DNA of 37,088 nucleotides from Patescibacteria group bacterium (GTDB lineage: Bacteria; Patescibacteriota; Minisyncoccia; UBA6257; 2-01-FULL-56-20). Positions 8,408 to 16,983 of this stretch are shown piece after piece. The notes under the pieces are model-generated. The model did not search any database, was not told the DNA's origin, and saw nothing but the letters and a program-made list of their open reading frames with translations. The stretch lies in contig JANLHI010000013.1 of the NCBI GenBank assembly GCA_024654525.1, forward strand, positions 84,036 to 121,123, read 5' to 3'. The position numbers and the translations under genes were made by a program. Within the stretch, counting starts at the first letter, position 1, and every line of letters starts with the position of its first letter.

Positions 8408-9153
8408 AAAAACTCTTGTACTAGTTTTGAGACCTCTTGCGATTTTTCTTTATGAACGAAATGTCCAGATCCGCGTATTACCTTCAATTGAGAATCAACA
8501 ATCAGTCCGGCTAATTTTTTCCCATCAGACAAGGGTGTTTCAGTATCGTTCTCGCCCCAAATCAAGAGCGTCGGCATTGCTATTTTCTTTGCGCTTACAC
8601 TTAGGTTTTCAGAGATAATTTTCAAAAAAGTTTCTTTCAATTTTCCGGTGTTCAGGTAATCGCTGCCAATAAAACTATACATTCTTTTTCGTAGTCCTTC
8701 CCTCCAAAAAATTAAAGGTGGAATATAGGTTATCAGTCCTCCGATTTTGGCCAAAAGTTTTAAAGTCGAATTGCGAAATGTACGGTTTTTAGCGATACCC
8801 GCGGAACCGATGAGTATAATTTTTTGTGCTTGAAGATTTTTTGTGGCTTCGCCTTTTATGACAATTCGTCCGCCAAAGGAATGACCAACAAACGCATAAA
8901 CTTGAATATCAAGCTTTTCGATAAAATCCTTAACGAATTGAATATAGTTATCTAAATTCCAAGCTTCTTGCGGTACTTCACTTTTACCAAAGCCGGGTAG
9001 ATCGAGTCTGATTATTCTTCGTGTTGGGGATAAAAGAGACGCTAGGGAATCAAAAGTATGAAAATTATCTTGCCAACCATGCAAAAAAAGCAGGACTTTG
9101 CCAGTGCCCTCGTCTTGGTATTCTGTTGCTAAATCTTGAACAATAATTTTCAT
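8404..9153 (-). CDS. Alpha/beta-fold hydrolase
   Basis: LHGW oxyanion motif, GHSFGG nucleophile elbow, WGEND and GSGHF; overlaps the murF start by 4 nt. Confidence 0.92.
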   Translation of the reverse strand: MKIIVQDLATEYQDEGTGKVLLFLHGWQDNFHTFDSLASLLSPTRRIIRLDLPGFGKSEVPQEAWNLDNYIQFVKDFIEKLDIQVYAFVGHSFGGRIVIKGEATKNLQAQKIILIGSAGIAKNRTFRNSTLKLLAKIGGLITYIPPLIFWREGLRKRMYSFIGSDYLNTGKLKETFLKIISENLSVSAKKIAMPTLLIWGENDTETPLSDGKKLAGLIVDSQLKVIRGSGHFVHKEKSQEVSKLVQEFL

Positions 9154-9162
9154 TGTTTAATT

Positions 9163-9420
9163 TTATTTTTCCGGCGGTTTGATTATCGCCGCTTTAGGAA
9201 AAACCGTGTTTCCGCCAATTTTTTCGGCTAGCTTTCTGCGCAACAATTCAAGTTGAAAGTCACTATGAGATATTTTAACTGTGCCATAAGAGGCCACCGG
9301 AAGTCCAGCAGTTTTCAATTTCATTTGCGTTTGCGGTGCGTTATAGCGCCACCACTCATCGGCATACGCTTCCAACCCGACCTCTTTTATTTTTTCAATC
9401 TAGCCACCCGGATTTTTTCG
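9163..9420 (-). pseudogene. Remnant of a D-Ala-D-Ala dipeptidase (VanX/DdpX, peptidase M15D) C-terminus
   Basis: The frame reads RKNPGG*IEKIKEVGLEAYADEWWRYNAPQTQM..AGLPVASYG, resembling the VanX NRxxL..M...GF..Y..EWWH motif; in-frame stop, His replaced by Arg, no intact N-terminus. Confidence 0.55.
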
Positions 9421-9584
9421 CCGAAACCTTGGTGTAGGCGGTCAGTTTTGAACAAGTTGCATTTGGTGTTCTGCCTGTGAGGTTTTCGGGCAGTGTGGCG
9501 GGACTAATGAGGATTCCACGGACAAGTCGGCAGGGTGAAACAATTGACTGGAGGTCTTCTGAAATTCGGCGGCTCATTTCTGAA

Positions 9585-10184
9585 TTAAAACTTCAAGATA
9601 AAAATGACCAGAAACGGAACAAGTATAGTCAAAACGATTCCGCTAAAGACTGATATTATCGCATATTCCTTTCCTGCAAATTTAGTAATGATGGGAAGTG
9701 TCGTGTCCATTGAAGTTGCTCCTCCCGACGCTATTGGGGCAAGTTTTCCAAAGTATCTTAAAAGCAAAGGCGTGAGCAACAATGTGCTTATTTCTCGAGA
9801 TATATTAGATATCAAAGCCACAACTCCAAGCGCCTCGCCGCTAATTTTTGTTATGAAGATACTCGACAAGCTGTAATAACCAAAACCTGCCCCAATAGCC
9901 AATGATTCACGCAGTCCAATATCAACAAAAAGCGACATTATAGTGACACCAAAAAATGTTCCTATAATAACTGTCAGTGGCACTAAGATAATTTTCAGCT
10001 TTGCATTTTTGAGCACTTCCCAAGCTTTTTTGTCAGAGCCAATTCCTACGCCAACTAAAAACATCAAAATATAAAGAGCGTAAACACTGAAATCAGTTTC
10101 AATGAAAATTTTCGGCAATAGATTATACAAACCTATGAGGATTCCGAGGACAAAAAAGCCAACGATGATGAGTGAGTTTTTCAT
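9585..10184 (-). CDS. LysO/DUF340 family transporter, large subunit
   Basis: GFGYYSLSS, NISRE and GGATSMDTTLP motifs. Confidence 0.88.
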   Translation of the reverse strand: MKNSLIIVGFFVLGILIGLYNLLPKIFIETDFSVYALYILMFLVGVGIGSDKKAWEVLKNAKLKIILVPLTVIIGTFFGVTIMSLFVDIGLRESLAIGAGFGYYSLSSIFITKISGEALGVVALISNISREISTLLLTPLLLRYFGKLAPIASGGATSMDTTLPIITKFAGKEYAIISVFSGIVLTILVPFLVIFILKF

Positions 10185-10456
10185 TCGTTTGTCTTAAAGA
10201 AAATTTTATGCACGAAATATGCAAATACAACACTTCCCATAACTCCTCCAAAAGTCAGTAGCAACGCTTGTACGCCAAGCGTTGCTAAATTATTTATGAC
10301 AGTTTCGTTTATTCCCACCGACACGCCCAATAAAAAGAGGAGGGCGTAAATAGCAACGTTGATTGATGGATCAACGAACTTAATAATCTTCACTTTGTTT
10401 TGAAGTAAAAATCCGAGAATAATTCCTACCGCCATTAATATTAGGACTGTAAACAT
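10181..10456 (-). CDS. LysO/DUF340 family small membrane protein
   Basis: About 91 aa with 3 TM helices and LLFLLGVSVG.N; start at ATG 10456; coupled to the next gene. Confidence 0.8.
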   Translation of the reverse strand: MFTVLILMAVGIILGFLLQNKVKIIKFVDPSINVAIYALLFLLGVSVGINETVINNLATLGVQALLLTFGGVMGSVVFAYFVHKIFFKTNE

Positions 10457-10466
10457 ATTTTTTACA

Positions 10467-11081
10467 TTAAACTTTCGCAATAACTCGCACTGGTGCGGCT
10501 TCGGTATGTAATTTCGCTGGTAAGGCAAAAATCTCAAAATCTTTTATACCAAGTAGCGATTCCAAATTTGTAAGATTTTCAATAATAAGAATTTCCTTTC
10601 CAAGTAACAATTTATGAACTTTGAAAGGCGGTCTGTCAGGACTTGGTGTATCCATGCCAACAATTTTTACTCCAAGCTCAATTGCCTTACCAGCAAAATC
10701 CTCACTGATTTCGGGATATTTTTCATAATATTCTGGATGGTGATATTTTTTTGAGAAACCAGTCATTACCAAAACAATATCCCCTTTCTTTGCGGAACTC
10801 CTGTCTAAAAAATCAACGTTGATTATTGGCGCACCTCTCGCGTCAATCAAACAGCCTCTGCCAAGAAACTTTTCAACAGCAATATCAGAAAGTCGCTTGC
10901 TTCCCTCCAACATGTGGAGAGGTGCGTCCATGTGTGTTCCAACATGCATTCCAGTTTTTATTTGATAATCGGTATATCCCTCTTTGTGCAAATCGGCTAT
11001 CTGCGTAAATTCTGGAATCGGATCGCCGGGGTATACCGGCATGTCAGTATTAAATGTATGTGTTAGGTCAATATATTTCAT
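10467..11081 (-). CDS. Cyclase family metal-dependent hydrolase (kynurenine formamidase-like)
   Basis: DLTH, PVYPGDP, HVGTHMDAPLH, GMDTPSPD, IIENL and APVRVIA motifs. Confidence 0.92.
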   Translation of the reverse strand: MKYIDLTHTFNTDMPVYPGDPIPEFTQIADLHKEGYTDYQIKTGMHVGTHMDAPLHMLEGSKRLSDIAVEKFLGRGCLIDARGAPIINVDFLDRSSAKKGDIVLVMTGFSKKYHHPEYYEKYPEISEDFAGKAIELGVKIVGMDTPSPDRPPFKVHKLLLGKEILIIENLTNLESLLGIKDFEIFALPAKLHTEAAPVRVIAKV

Positions 11082-11085
11082 ACTT

Positions 11086-11195
11086 TCATTTCACTAATTT
11101 TTCCATAGGAACGCCTAACGCTTTGGCGATTTTCGCCATAGTTTGAATGCTTGGCTTAATAGCCACACCACCCTCAATTTTCGTAAGGGTATCGA
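11086..11195 (-). pseudogene. Truncated XRE-family HTH regulator
   Basis: DTLTKIEGGVAIKPSIQTMAKIAKALGVPMEKLVK matches the C-terminal half of a Cro/C1 HTH; the upstream sequence lacks helices 1-2. Confidence 0.6.
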
Positions 11196-11292
11196 ACTCT
11201 TGTGGAGTTTCGTTTTTTCCTTGAAACAAGCCGCCAATTCCGAACAAGTTAGTTTTGCTTCCGCCGTTTCGCTCCTCCAAGAAATAATTTAA

Positions 11293-12195
11293 CTACGGCA
11301 GGCTTTCGCACGCAAGACCGTCTTCGTCTTTGTCTAATCTGTGGACATCATTATTAATTCCTCCACAAGCTTCATATATTGATTGCGCTTCCGCATGAGT
11401 GTAAAAATCTGAACAATTATATGCGTTGTATGAACACTCATAGCCCGCAGGTGATGGAGGAGTTTGGCTTGTTTGCGTTTCCGTTGTCGTGGTAGTTTCT
11501 GCAGTATCACATACTCCGTCAGCCCATAGACCATTTTTCAGTATTCGCGCCCGATTTTCCGCATACTGAAATTCTGTTTGATATTTGTATGGAATTGTAT
11601 AAGTGTATTCAAAACCATAGCCATCCTCTATCATCATTTTGTTGAAAAGAGATCCATTTTCAAGATAAGCATAGGCGAGAATCCGTCCGTACTTATCAAG
11701 TTCTCCTTGCGTAGGGTCTTGCTCTAATTTAACTCTCTGACCGCTCAATATCTGTTTTGCCTTGTTTGAGGCCTCTTGTCCAAAACATTCCACTGGCTTG
11801 CTCGGATGTACAGTTTCGGGGGTGTCTAATCCAATCAGGCGTATTGTCTGAACAACACCGTCTCTGTCTACACTAAAAGTGTCGCCGTCCACAACTTTTA
11901 CTATTGGATAAAATACTTCAACTCGCTGTTCGTTTGCAGCTTGTTGGATATTTTCTTTTTGTTGTGGGGTTAATTGGTCTGTTGATTTTATAGGTTCTGT
12001 TTCTTGCAAAATAGGTTGAGTGAGTTTTTTATCTACAGGCACATTTTTTACTGTTTTATCTTTACTGATATCTTCTTGCCCAACCACCGACGAGTCATTT
12101 TCGTATTTCATACTTCTGTCCGAAAAAATAATCACGGTTGATAACGCTAAAACCGTGATTATTGCAACTATGATTTTATTGCTTAAAAAAGGCAT
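11293..12195 (-). CDS. Membrane-anchored thermonuclease (SNase-like) with a C-terminal Excalibur Ca-binding domain
   Basis: N-terminal TM; VVDGDT, IRLIGLDTPE and DKYGRILAY motifs; C-terminal NCSDF..HAEAQ...LDKDEDGLACE. Confidence 0.9.
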   Translation of the reverse strand: MPFLSNKIIVAIITVLALSTVIIFSDRSMKYENDSSVVGQEDISKDKTVKNVPVDKKLTQPILQETEPIKSTDQLTPQQKENIQQAANEQRVEVFYPIVKVVDGDTFSVDRDGVVQTIRLIGLDTPETVHPSKPVECFGQEASNKAKQILSGQRVKLEQDPTQGELDKYGRILAYAYLENGSLFNKMMIEDGYGFEYTYTIPYKYQTEFQYAENRARILKNGLWADGVCDTAETTTTTETQTSQTPPSPAGYECSYNAYNCSDFYTHAEAQSIYEACGGINNDVHRLDKDEDGLACESLP

Positions 12196-12223
12196 TTTAC
12201 ATATTTACTTATCATAATATTGT

Positions 12224-12307
12224 TGGTGCCCGGGGAGAGACTCGAACTCTCAAGGGTTGCCCCACACGATTTTGAGTCGTGCGCGTATACCATTCCGCCA
12301 CCCGGGC
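12224..12307 (-). tRNA. tRNA-Leu(CAA)
   Basis: GCCCGGG acceptor stem, anticodon arm CACGA-CTCAAAA-TCGTG, long variable arm, GTTCGAGTC T-loop and encoded CCA. Confidence 0.96.
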
Positions 12308-12502
12308 GTATATTTTTCGGAAGAATTCTAACCAAAAAACCGTATCACGTGGCGACTCTGAGCGCTTTTACGCTTGCTGAACACTTTCGTGTCCATCACT
12401 CACGCTTCTTCGTTGTTTGATTATGCCAAAAAGTAGCGTAAAATCAAACGAAATGGTACAAGTGACTCTTCGGCAAATTCAGAATTGCAATATTTAAATT
12501 TT

Positions 12503-13330
12503 ATGGCTCGAGTAATTGCAGTATGCAATCAAAAAGGGGGAGTGGGAAAAACGACTACCTCGGTGAATTTGGCAAGCTATCTTGCCATCATGGGACGCAA
12601 GGTGCTTCTTGTGGACTTTGATCCGCAGGCAAACGCGAGTTCGGCGTTAGGAGTTGACCCCATGAAAACGGAGAGGAGTGTGTATCACGGAATTATAGGC
12701 GCGGTGGAGCCACAGCATATCTGCAGAACATCCGCATTAAGCAATCTTGATTTATTTCCCGCGGCACCGCATCTTGCGGGTGCACTTGTCGAACTCGTAA
12801 GTGTTCCGGAGAGAGAATCGTATCTGAGAAAGTTTCTCCATCGTGTGCGTCATCAGTACCACTATATATTTATTGATTTACCTCCCAGTCTAAGTTTACT
12901 TACCGTAAACGGACTTGTGGCATCCGATGAGGTGCTTATTCCCGTGCAGGCGGAATACTACAGTCTTGAGGGGATAGGGCAGTTACTCCAAACAGTAAAA
13001 CTTATTCGCGATAATCTGAAACACCCACTTTCCATTACGGGAGCGCTTATTACTATGTATGACAAACGGGAAAAGTTGAGCAGAGAAGTGGCATGGAATT
13101 TGAGGAAGAACTTTCCCCATAAAGTATTTGATGTAGAGATTCCCAGAAGCGTAGCACTCGCGGAAGCACCCAGTTTTTCGAAACCGGTTGCGTTATATCG
13201 TCCGGATTCCACGGGTGCGCTTGCGTATCAGCGACTTGCGCATGAAGTGCTTCTTCAGGAGCGTGCACTGACATCCTCTAATCATTTCGTAAGTCCCGAT
13301 TTTGGGAATTTTGCATTGGCAAATAACTAG
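12503..13330 (+). CDS. parA: Chromosome partitioning ATPase ParA/Soj
   Basis: NQKGGVGKTT deviant Walker A, DFDPQANA, PVQAEYYSLEG and IPRSVALAEAPSF. Confidence 0.95.
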   Translation: MARVIAVCNQKGGVGKTTTSVNLASYLAIMGRKVLLVDFDPQANASSALGVDPMKTERSVYHGIIGAVEPQHICRTSALSNLDLFPAAPHLAGALVELVSVPERESYLRKFLHRVRHQYHYIFIDLPPSLSLLTVNGLVASDEVLIPVQAEYYSLEGIGQLLQTVKLIRDNLKHPLSITGALITMYDKREKLSREVAWNLRKNFPHKVFDVEIPRSVALAEAPSFSKPVALYRPDSTGALAYQRLAHEVLLQERALTSSNHFVSPDFGNFALANN

Positions 13331-13339
13331 CGCATATCA

Positions 13340-14548
13340 ATGCTTGGAAAAGGACTTGAATCGCTCATACCCTCGCCACACTCCGAACCGGAGCCGGAGT
13401 CGTTTCGAGAAATTTCAGAAAAGAAAGAAGGGGATGGCGTGAGTAATATTCCTGTTCAGAACAGTGAAGAAGCAAAGAGTGGTGTAGTAAATTCTGTGCC
13501 ACCAACACCGGCGTCAAGTGATCCGGTAATAATTTCCACCGAAGAAATTGGTGAAAATAGCGTGTCTGATACACAAGGTAGCGTGAAAGAGGTTGCTACG
13601 CCAAATGAGGTGTCCATGGAGTCAAATCCCATACTTGAGCCCAAACCCGCTCCTGTACTCGCAACCGAAAATTTAGCTTCTTCAAACTCAATCCCCGAAA
13701 CACCTTCTCGGCATGAATACGCTCCGGAGCAACGTGGACAGGCGGTGTTTCAAATTGAAGTGGAGAAAATAGCTCCAAACCCTCACCAGCCACGAAAAGA
13801 ATTTGATGACGCGAGTTTGCGGGAACTTGCACAATCCATCCGAGAATTTGGAATTCTCCAGCCTCTCATAGTCACCAAAATAGAACATGATACACCAACG
13901 GGTGTTGCCGTATCGTATGAGTTGATTGCGGGCGAGCGGCGACTCATGGCATCAAAGCTTCTCGGGTTGCCTCGTGTTCCCGCGATTGTGCGTACGGGAG
14001 ACACGGATCGCGACCGACTTGAAATGGCGGTAATTGAAAATATTCAGCGTGAAAACTTGAATCCTGTGGAGACAGCGCGTGCATTCGCTCGGCTTCAGGA
14101 TGAGTTTCGTATGACACAAAGAGAAATTGCATCGCGTCTCGGTAAAAGCAGGGAAGTGGTAGCAAATACACTCCGTCTTTTGGATTCGCCCACCTACATC
14201 CAGGATGCGGTTTCAAAAGGCACTATAAGCGAAAGCCATGCGCGATTGCTTCTTGCGGTGACCGATCCGGATGCACAGGAAAAATTATTTCAAGATTTGG
14301 TGGATCGGCATCTTACGACGCGCGAACTCCGTATGCGTATTTCTGCGCGAAAGCCAATCGTCCCGCAATCCGCGGCACCTTCCATGTCACCAGAGCTTCT
14401 TGCGCTTGAAGAAAAAATATCCGCGGAACTTGGTACTCCTGTGAAAATTGCACAGACTGACGCCGGAGGAAGAATCACCATTATGTTTTACTCTCCTGAA
14501 GAATTGAGAGGAATCTTGAATCGTCTTGGCACTAAAGAAGATATTTAA
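13340..14548 (+). CDS. parB: Chromosome partitioning protein ParB/Spo0J with a long N-terminal linker
   Basis: LGKGLESLI N-terminal peptide, PNPHQPRK, LIAGERRL, ENIQRENL and HTH GKSREVVANTLRLL. Confidence 0.94.
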   Translation: MLGKGLESLIPSPHSEPEPESFREISEKKEGDGVSNIPVQNSEEAKSGVVNSVPPTPASSDPVIISTEEIGENSVSDTQGSVKEVATPNEVSMESNPILEPKPAPVLATENLASSNSIPETPSRHEYAPEQRGQAVFQIEVEKIAPNPHQPRKEFDDASLRELAQSIREFGILQPLIVTKIEHDTPTGVAVSYELIAGERRLMASKLLGLPRVPAIVRTGDTDRDRLEMAVIENIQRENLNPVETARAFARLQDEFRMTQREIASRLGKSREVVANTLRLLDSPTYIQDAVSKGTISESHARLLLAVTDPDAQEKLFQDLVDRHLTTRELRMRISARKPIVPQSAAPSMSPELLALEEKISAELGTPVKIAQTDAGGRITIMFYSPEELRGILNRLGTKEDI

Positions 14549-16965
14549 GACACTGACTTCTTTACGCTTTTCTTTGCCTTTGTGTGGGATTTTTTTGTTT
14601 TTTCTTTAGATCCGGAGTTTTTGTCGGTGGATAAGAATTTTGACGAGGAGAATTTACCCAACGTCCTAATAAAAGAGGGCTTTTTCGTCGAAGTTTTAAC
14701 GGGAGCGGGAGGTTTGTTTTTCCACGCGGTGAATCCTTCATCAAGTGCCACTTGTGTTTCCGGTTTGGCGTTCATAATAAATGTGCAATCGGGGTAGCGT
14801 GTGCAGGCGTAAAAAGGTTTACTCCGGCCACGTCCTTTTTTCTCTACAATATCGCCTATTCCGGATTTCGGAATTTGGATTTCAGATGTTTGATTCCCCG
14901 CATTTGTCGTCTGATGTCCGACATTTGATATCTGATATCCAGTGATACATGCCGGACATTTAAATCCCGTCTTATTCCAAATTTTTGAGATTCCTTTGCA
15001 TTTTGGATAGTCGGTGCATCCGAGAAAAAACCCGAATCTTCCGCGTTTCACGTCCATGGATTTACCGCATAAAGGACAGAGCTCCCCGTCGGTTTTTTCC
15101 CTAAGTTCTTTTATTTTTGCCGCCTCTTCCGGCATGGGGAGTGTTACCTTGCTTTCGGGGTCTGGACATGCAAGAAACTTTCCCATTCTGCCGAATTTTA
15201 TCATCATCATTTTCCCGCAGTGAGGACACGGTGTTTCGGAGGTCTCGGTATGTTTCAATACAGTCTTTTCTTTTTCCGTAAGACGAGATTTAAATGGTTC
15301 ATAAAAATCATTACACGCTTTTTCCCATGAAAGTTTTCCTTCCGCAACTTCGTCAAGCTCCTCCTCAATGCGAGAAGTAAAGTGAACATCCACAATTTCC
15401 GGGAAGTGTTCGACGAGAAGATCATTCACCACCACTCCGATTTCCGTGGGGTGGTATGCGCGCTCACGTTTTTCCACATACCCTCGATCCTGAACCGTGG
15501 AAAGAGTGGGGGCATATGTTGAAGGACGACCGATACCTTCGGCTTCGAGAGCTTTGATGAGTGTGGCATCGGTGTAGCGAGGAGGAGGTTCGGTAAAATG
15601 TTGCCTTGGATCGATTGCATCAAGTTTCAGCTTGTCTCCTTCGCGGAGTTCAGGAAGTATTCCTTCTATTTCATCTTCAGGATCGTCGCGTCCTTCGGTG
15701 TATGCGCGGATAAATCCGTCAAAGATTACCACTTGTCCGTGTGCGCGAAATGTATGGTGTCCTTTTTGTCCGATGTCGGCACTGGTTTGTTCGAATCGCG
15801 CATTATGCATCTGTGATGCAATAGTCCGTTTCCAAATAAGGTCATAAAGCCGTTGCGCTCCGCGGTCGCCTACCGATGGATTGGCACGGATACTAAGGTT
15901 AGTCGGTCGTATTGCTTCGTGCGCTTCCTGCGCTCCTTTTGATTTTGTGGTGTAGCGACGAGGATCGGGAGATGCATACTGTGCCCCGAAATTTTCTACG
16001 ATAACGGATTTTGCCTGAACAAGTGCGGATTCAGCAAGATTTACGCTATCGGTTCTCATGTAGGTAATAACCCCTTCCTCATAAAGTCGTTGTGCGACAG
16101 TCATGGTTTGCTTTGCCGAGAATCCAAGTTTTCGGGATGCTTCTTGTTGGAGTGTCGCAGTGGTGAATGGAGCCGAAGGATTTCGGGATATTTCTTTTTT
16201 TGTGACGGAAATTACATGATGAGGGTCCTCTTTCGATTCTTTGGCGATGCTTCGTGCTTGCGCTTCGTTTCGGATCGTCATTTTTGAGATAGCGGTGTCT
16301 TTGAACGACACAAGGCGTCCCGGAAACGATTGACCGCCCGATTTTGTAAATAACGCTTCAATGGTCCAATATTCTTCTTTTGTAAACTTTTCTATTTCCC
16401 GTTCGCGCTCAACAATAAGACGCACCGCAACCGATTGTACGCGTCCTGCAGAAAGACCATAGCGTATTTTTCTCCAAAGAAACGGAGAAAGTTCGTATCC
16501 GACGAGACGATCCAATATCCGGCGTGCCTGTTGTGCATCCACAAGCTTTATATCAAGCGCGCGAGGATTTTTGAGTGCTTCTTCAATCGCATGTTTGGTG
16601 ATTTCGTGAAATACAATTCTTTCCACTCCTTTCTGCCTTTTATTTTTAGTGGGTATATCCGTGAGTTCCAATGCATGCATAAGGTGCCACGCAATAGCTT
16701 CTCCTTCGCGGTCTTCATCAGTTGCAAGGATGATGCGCGATGCAGATTTTACTTGCTTTTTCAGATTTGAGACGACTTCCTTCGCTTTCACTGGAATAAC
16801 ATAAGAAGGGCGGAAGTTATTTTCCACATCAATACCGAGTTTGCTTTTTGGTAAGTCGCGGATATGTCCATATGATGAGGAGAGAGTGTAGTGAGAACCT
16901 AAAAACCGAGAAATAGTTCTCGCTTTCGTGGGGGATTCTACGATGATAAGAGGTTTTTGCGCCAT
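14545..16965 (-). CDS. topA: DNA topoisomerase I with zinc ribbons and a basic tail
   Basis: IVESPTK, ATDEDREGE, SAGRVQS, ITYMRTD, AHEAIRPT and GIGRPSTY motifs; C-terminal C4 ribbons. Confidence 0.97.
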   Translation of the reverse strand: MAQKPLIIVESPTKARTISRFLGSHYTLSSSYGHIRDLPKSKLGIDVENNFRPSYVIPVKAKEVVSNLKKQVKSASRIILATDEDREGEAIAWHLMHALELTDIPTKNKRQKGVERIVFHEITKHAIEEALKNPRALDIKLVDAQQARRILDRLVGYELSPFLWRKIRYGLSAGRVQSVAVRLIVEREREIEKFTKEEYWTIEALFTKSGGQSFPGRLVSFKDTAISKMTIRNEAQARSIAKESKEDPHHVISVTKKEISRNPSAPFTTATLQQEASRKLGFSAKQTMTVAQRLYEEGVITYMRTDSVNLAESALVQAKSVIVENFGAQYASPDPRRYTTKSKGAQEAHEAIRPTNLSIRANPSVGDRGAQRLYDLIWKRTIASQMHNARFEQTSADIGQKGHHTFRAHGQVVIFDGFIRAYTEGRDDPEDEIEGILPELREGDKLKLDAIDPRQHFTEPPPRYTDATLIKALEAEGIGRPSTYAPTLSTVQDRGYVEKRERAYHPTEIGVVVNDLLVEHFPEIVDVHFTSRIEEELDEVAEGKLSWEKACNDFYEPFKSRLTEKEKTVLKHTETSETPCPHCGKMMMIKFGRMGKFLACPDPESKVTLPMPEEAAKIKELREKTDGELCPLCGKSMDVKRGRFGFFLGCTDYPKCKGISKIWNKTGFKCPACITGYQISNVGHQTTNAGNQTSEIQIPKSGIGDIVEKKGRGRSKPFYACTRYPDCTFIMNAKPETQVALDEGFTAWKNKPPAPVKTSTKKPSFIRTLGKFSSSKFLSTDKNSGSKEKTKKSHTKAKKSVKKSVS
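14856..14939. repeat. Degenerate heptanucleotide tandem array inside topA (12 units, 84 nt)
   Basis: ctattcc ggatttc ggaattt ggatttc agatgtt tgattcc ccgcatt tgtcgtc tgatgtc cgacatt tgatatc tgatatc. Confidence 0.75.
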
Positions 16966-16983
16966 AGTGCCGATTGGTGGGTA

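Noticed and set aside
5798-9420. A bona fide vanHAX glycopeptide-resistance cluster
   Set aside because: No VanH dehydrogenase or VanRS, the ligase keeps the omega-loop Tyr typical of D-Ala-D-Ala ligases, and the VanX-like piece is broken.
12341-12356. Possible parS site (CGTATCACGTGGCGAC) upstream of parA; half-sites GTGAAACA near 5869 and 36313
   Set aside because: Too many mismatches to the TGTTTCACGTGAAACA palindrome; only half-sites match.
12220-12420. 66-aa ORF on the + strand
   Set aside because: It is the antisense reading of tRNA-Leu.
16620-16656. Possible further heptamer inserts in the topA TOPRIM loop and the ybeY N-terminus
   Set aside because: Periodicity is too weak to distinguish by eye from A-rich Lys codons.
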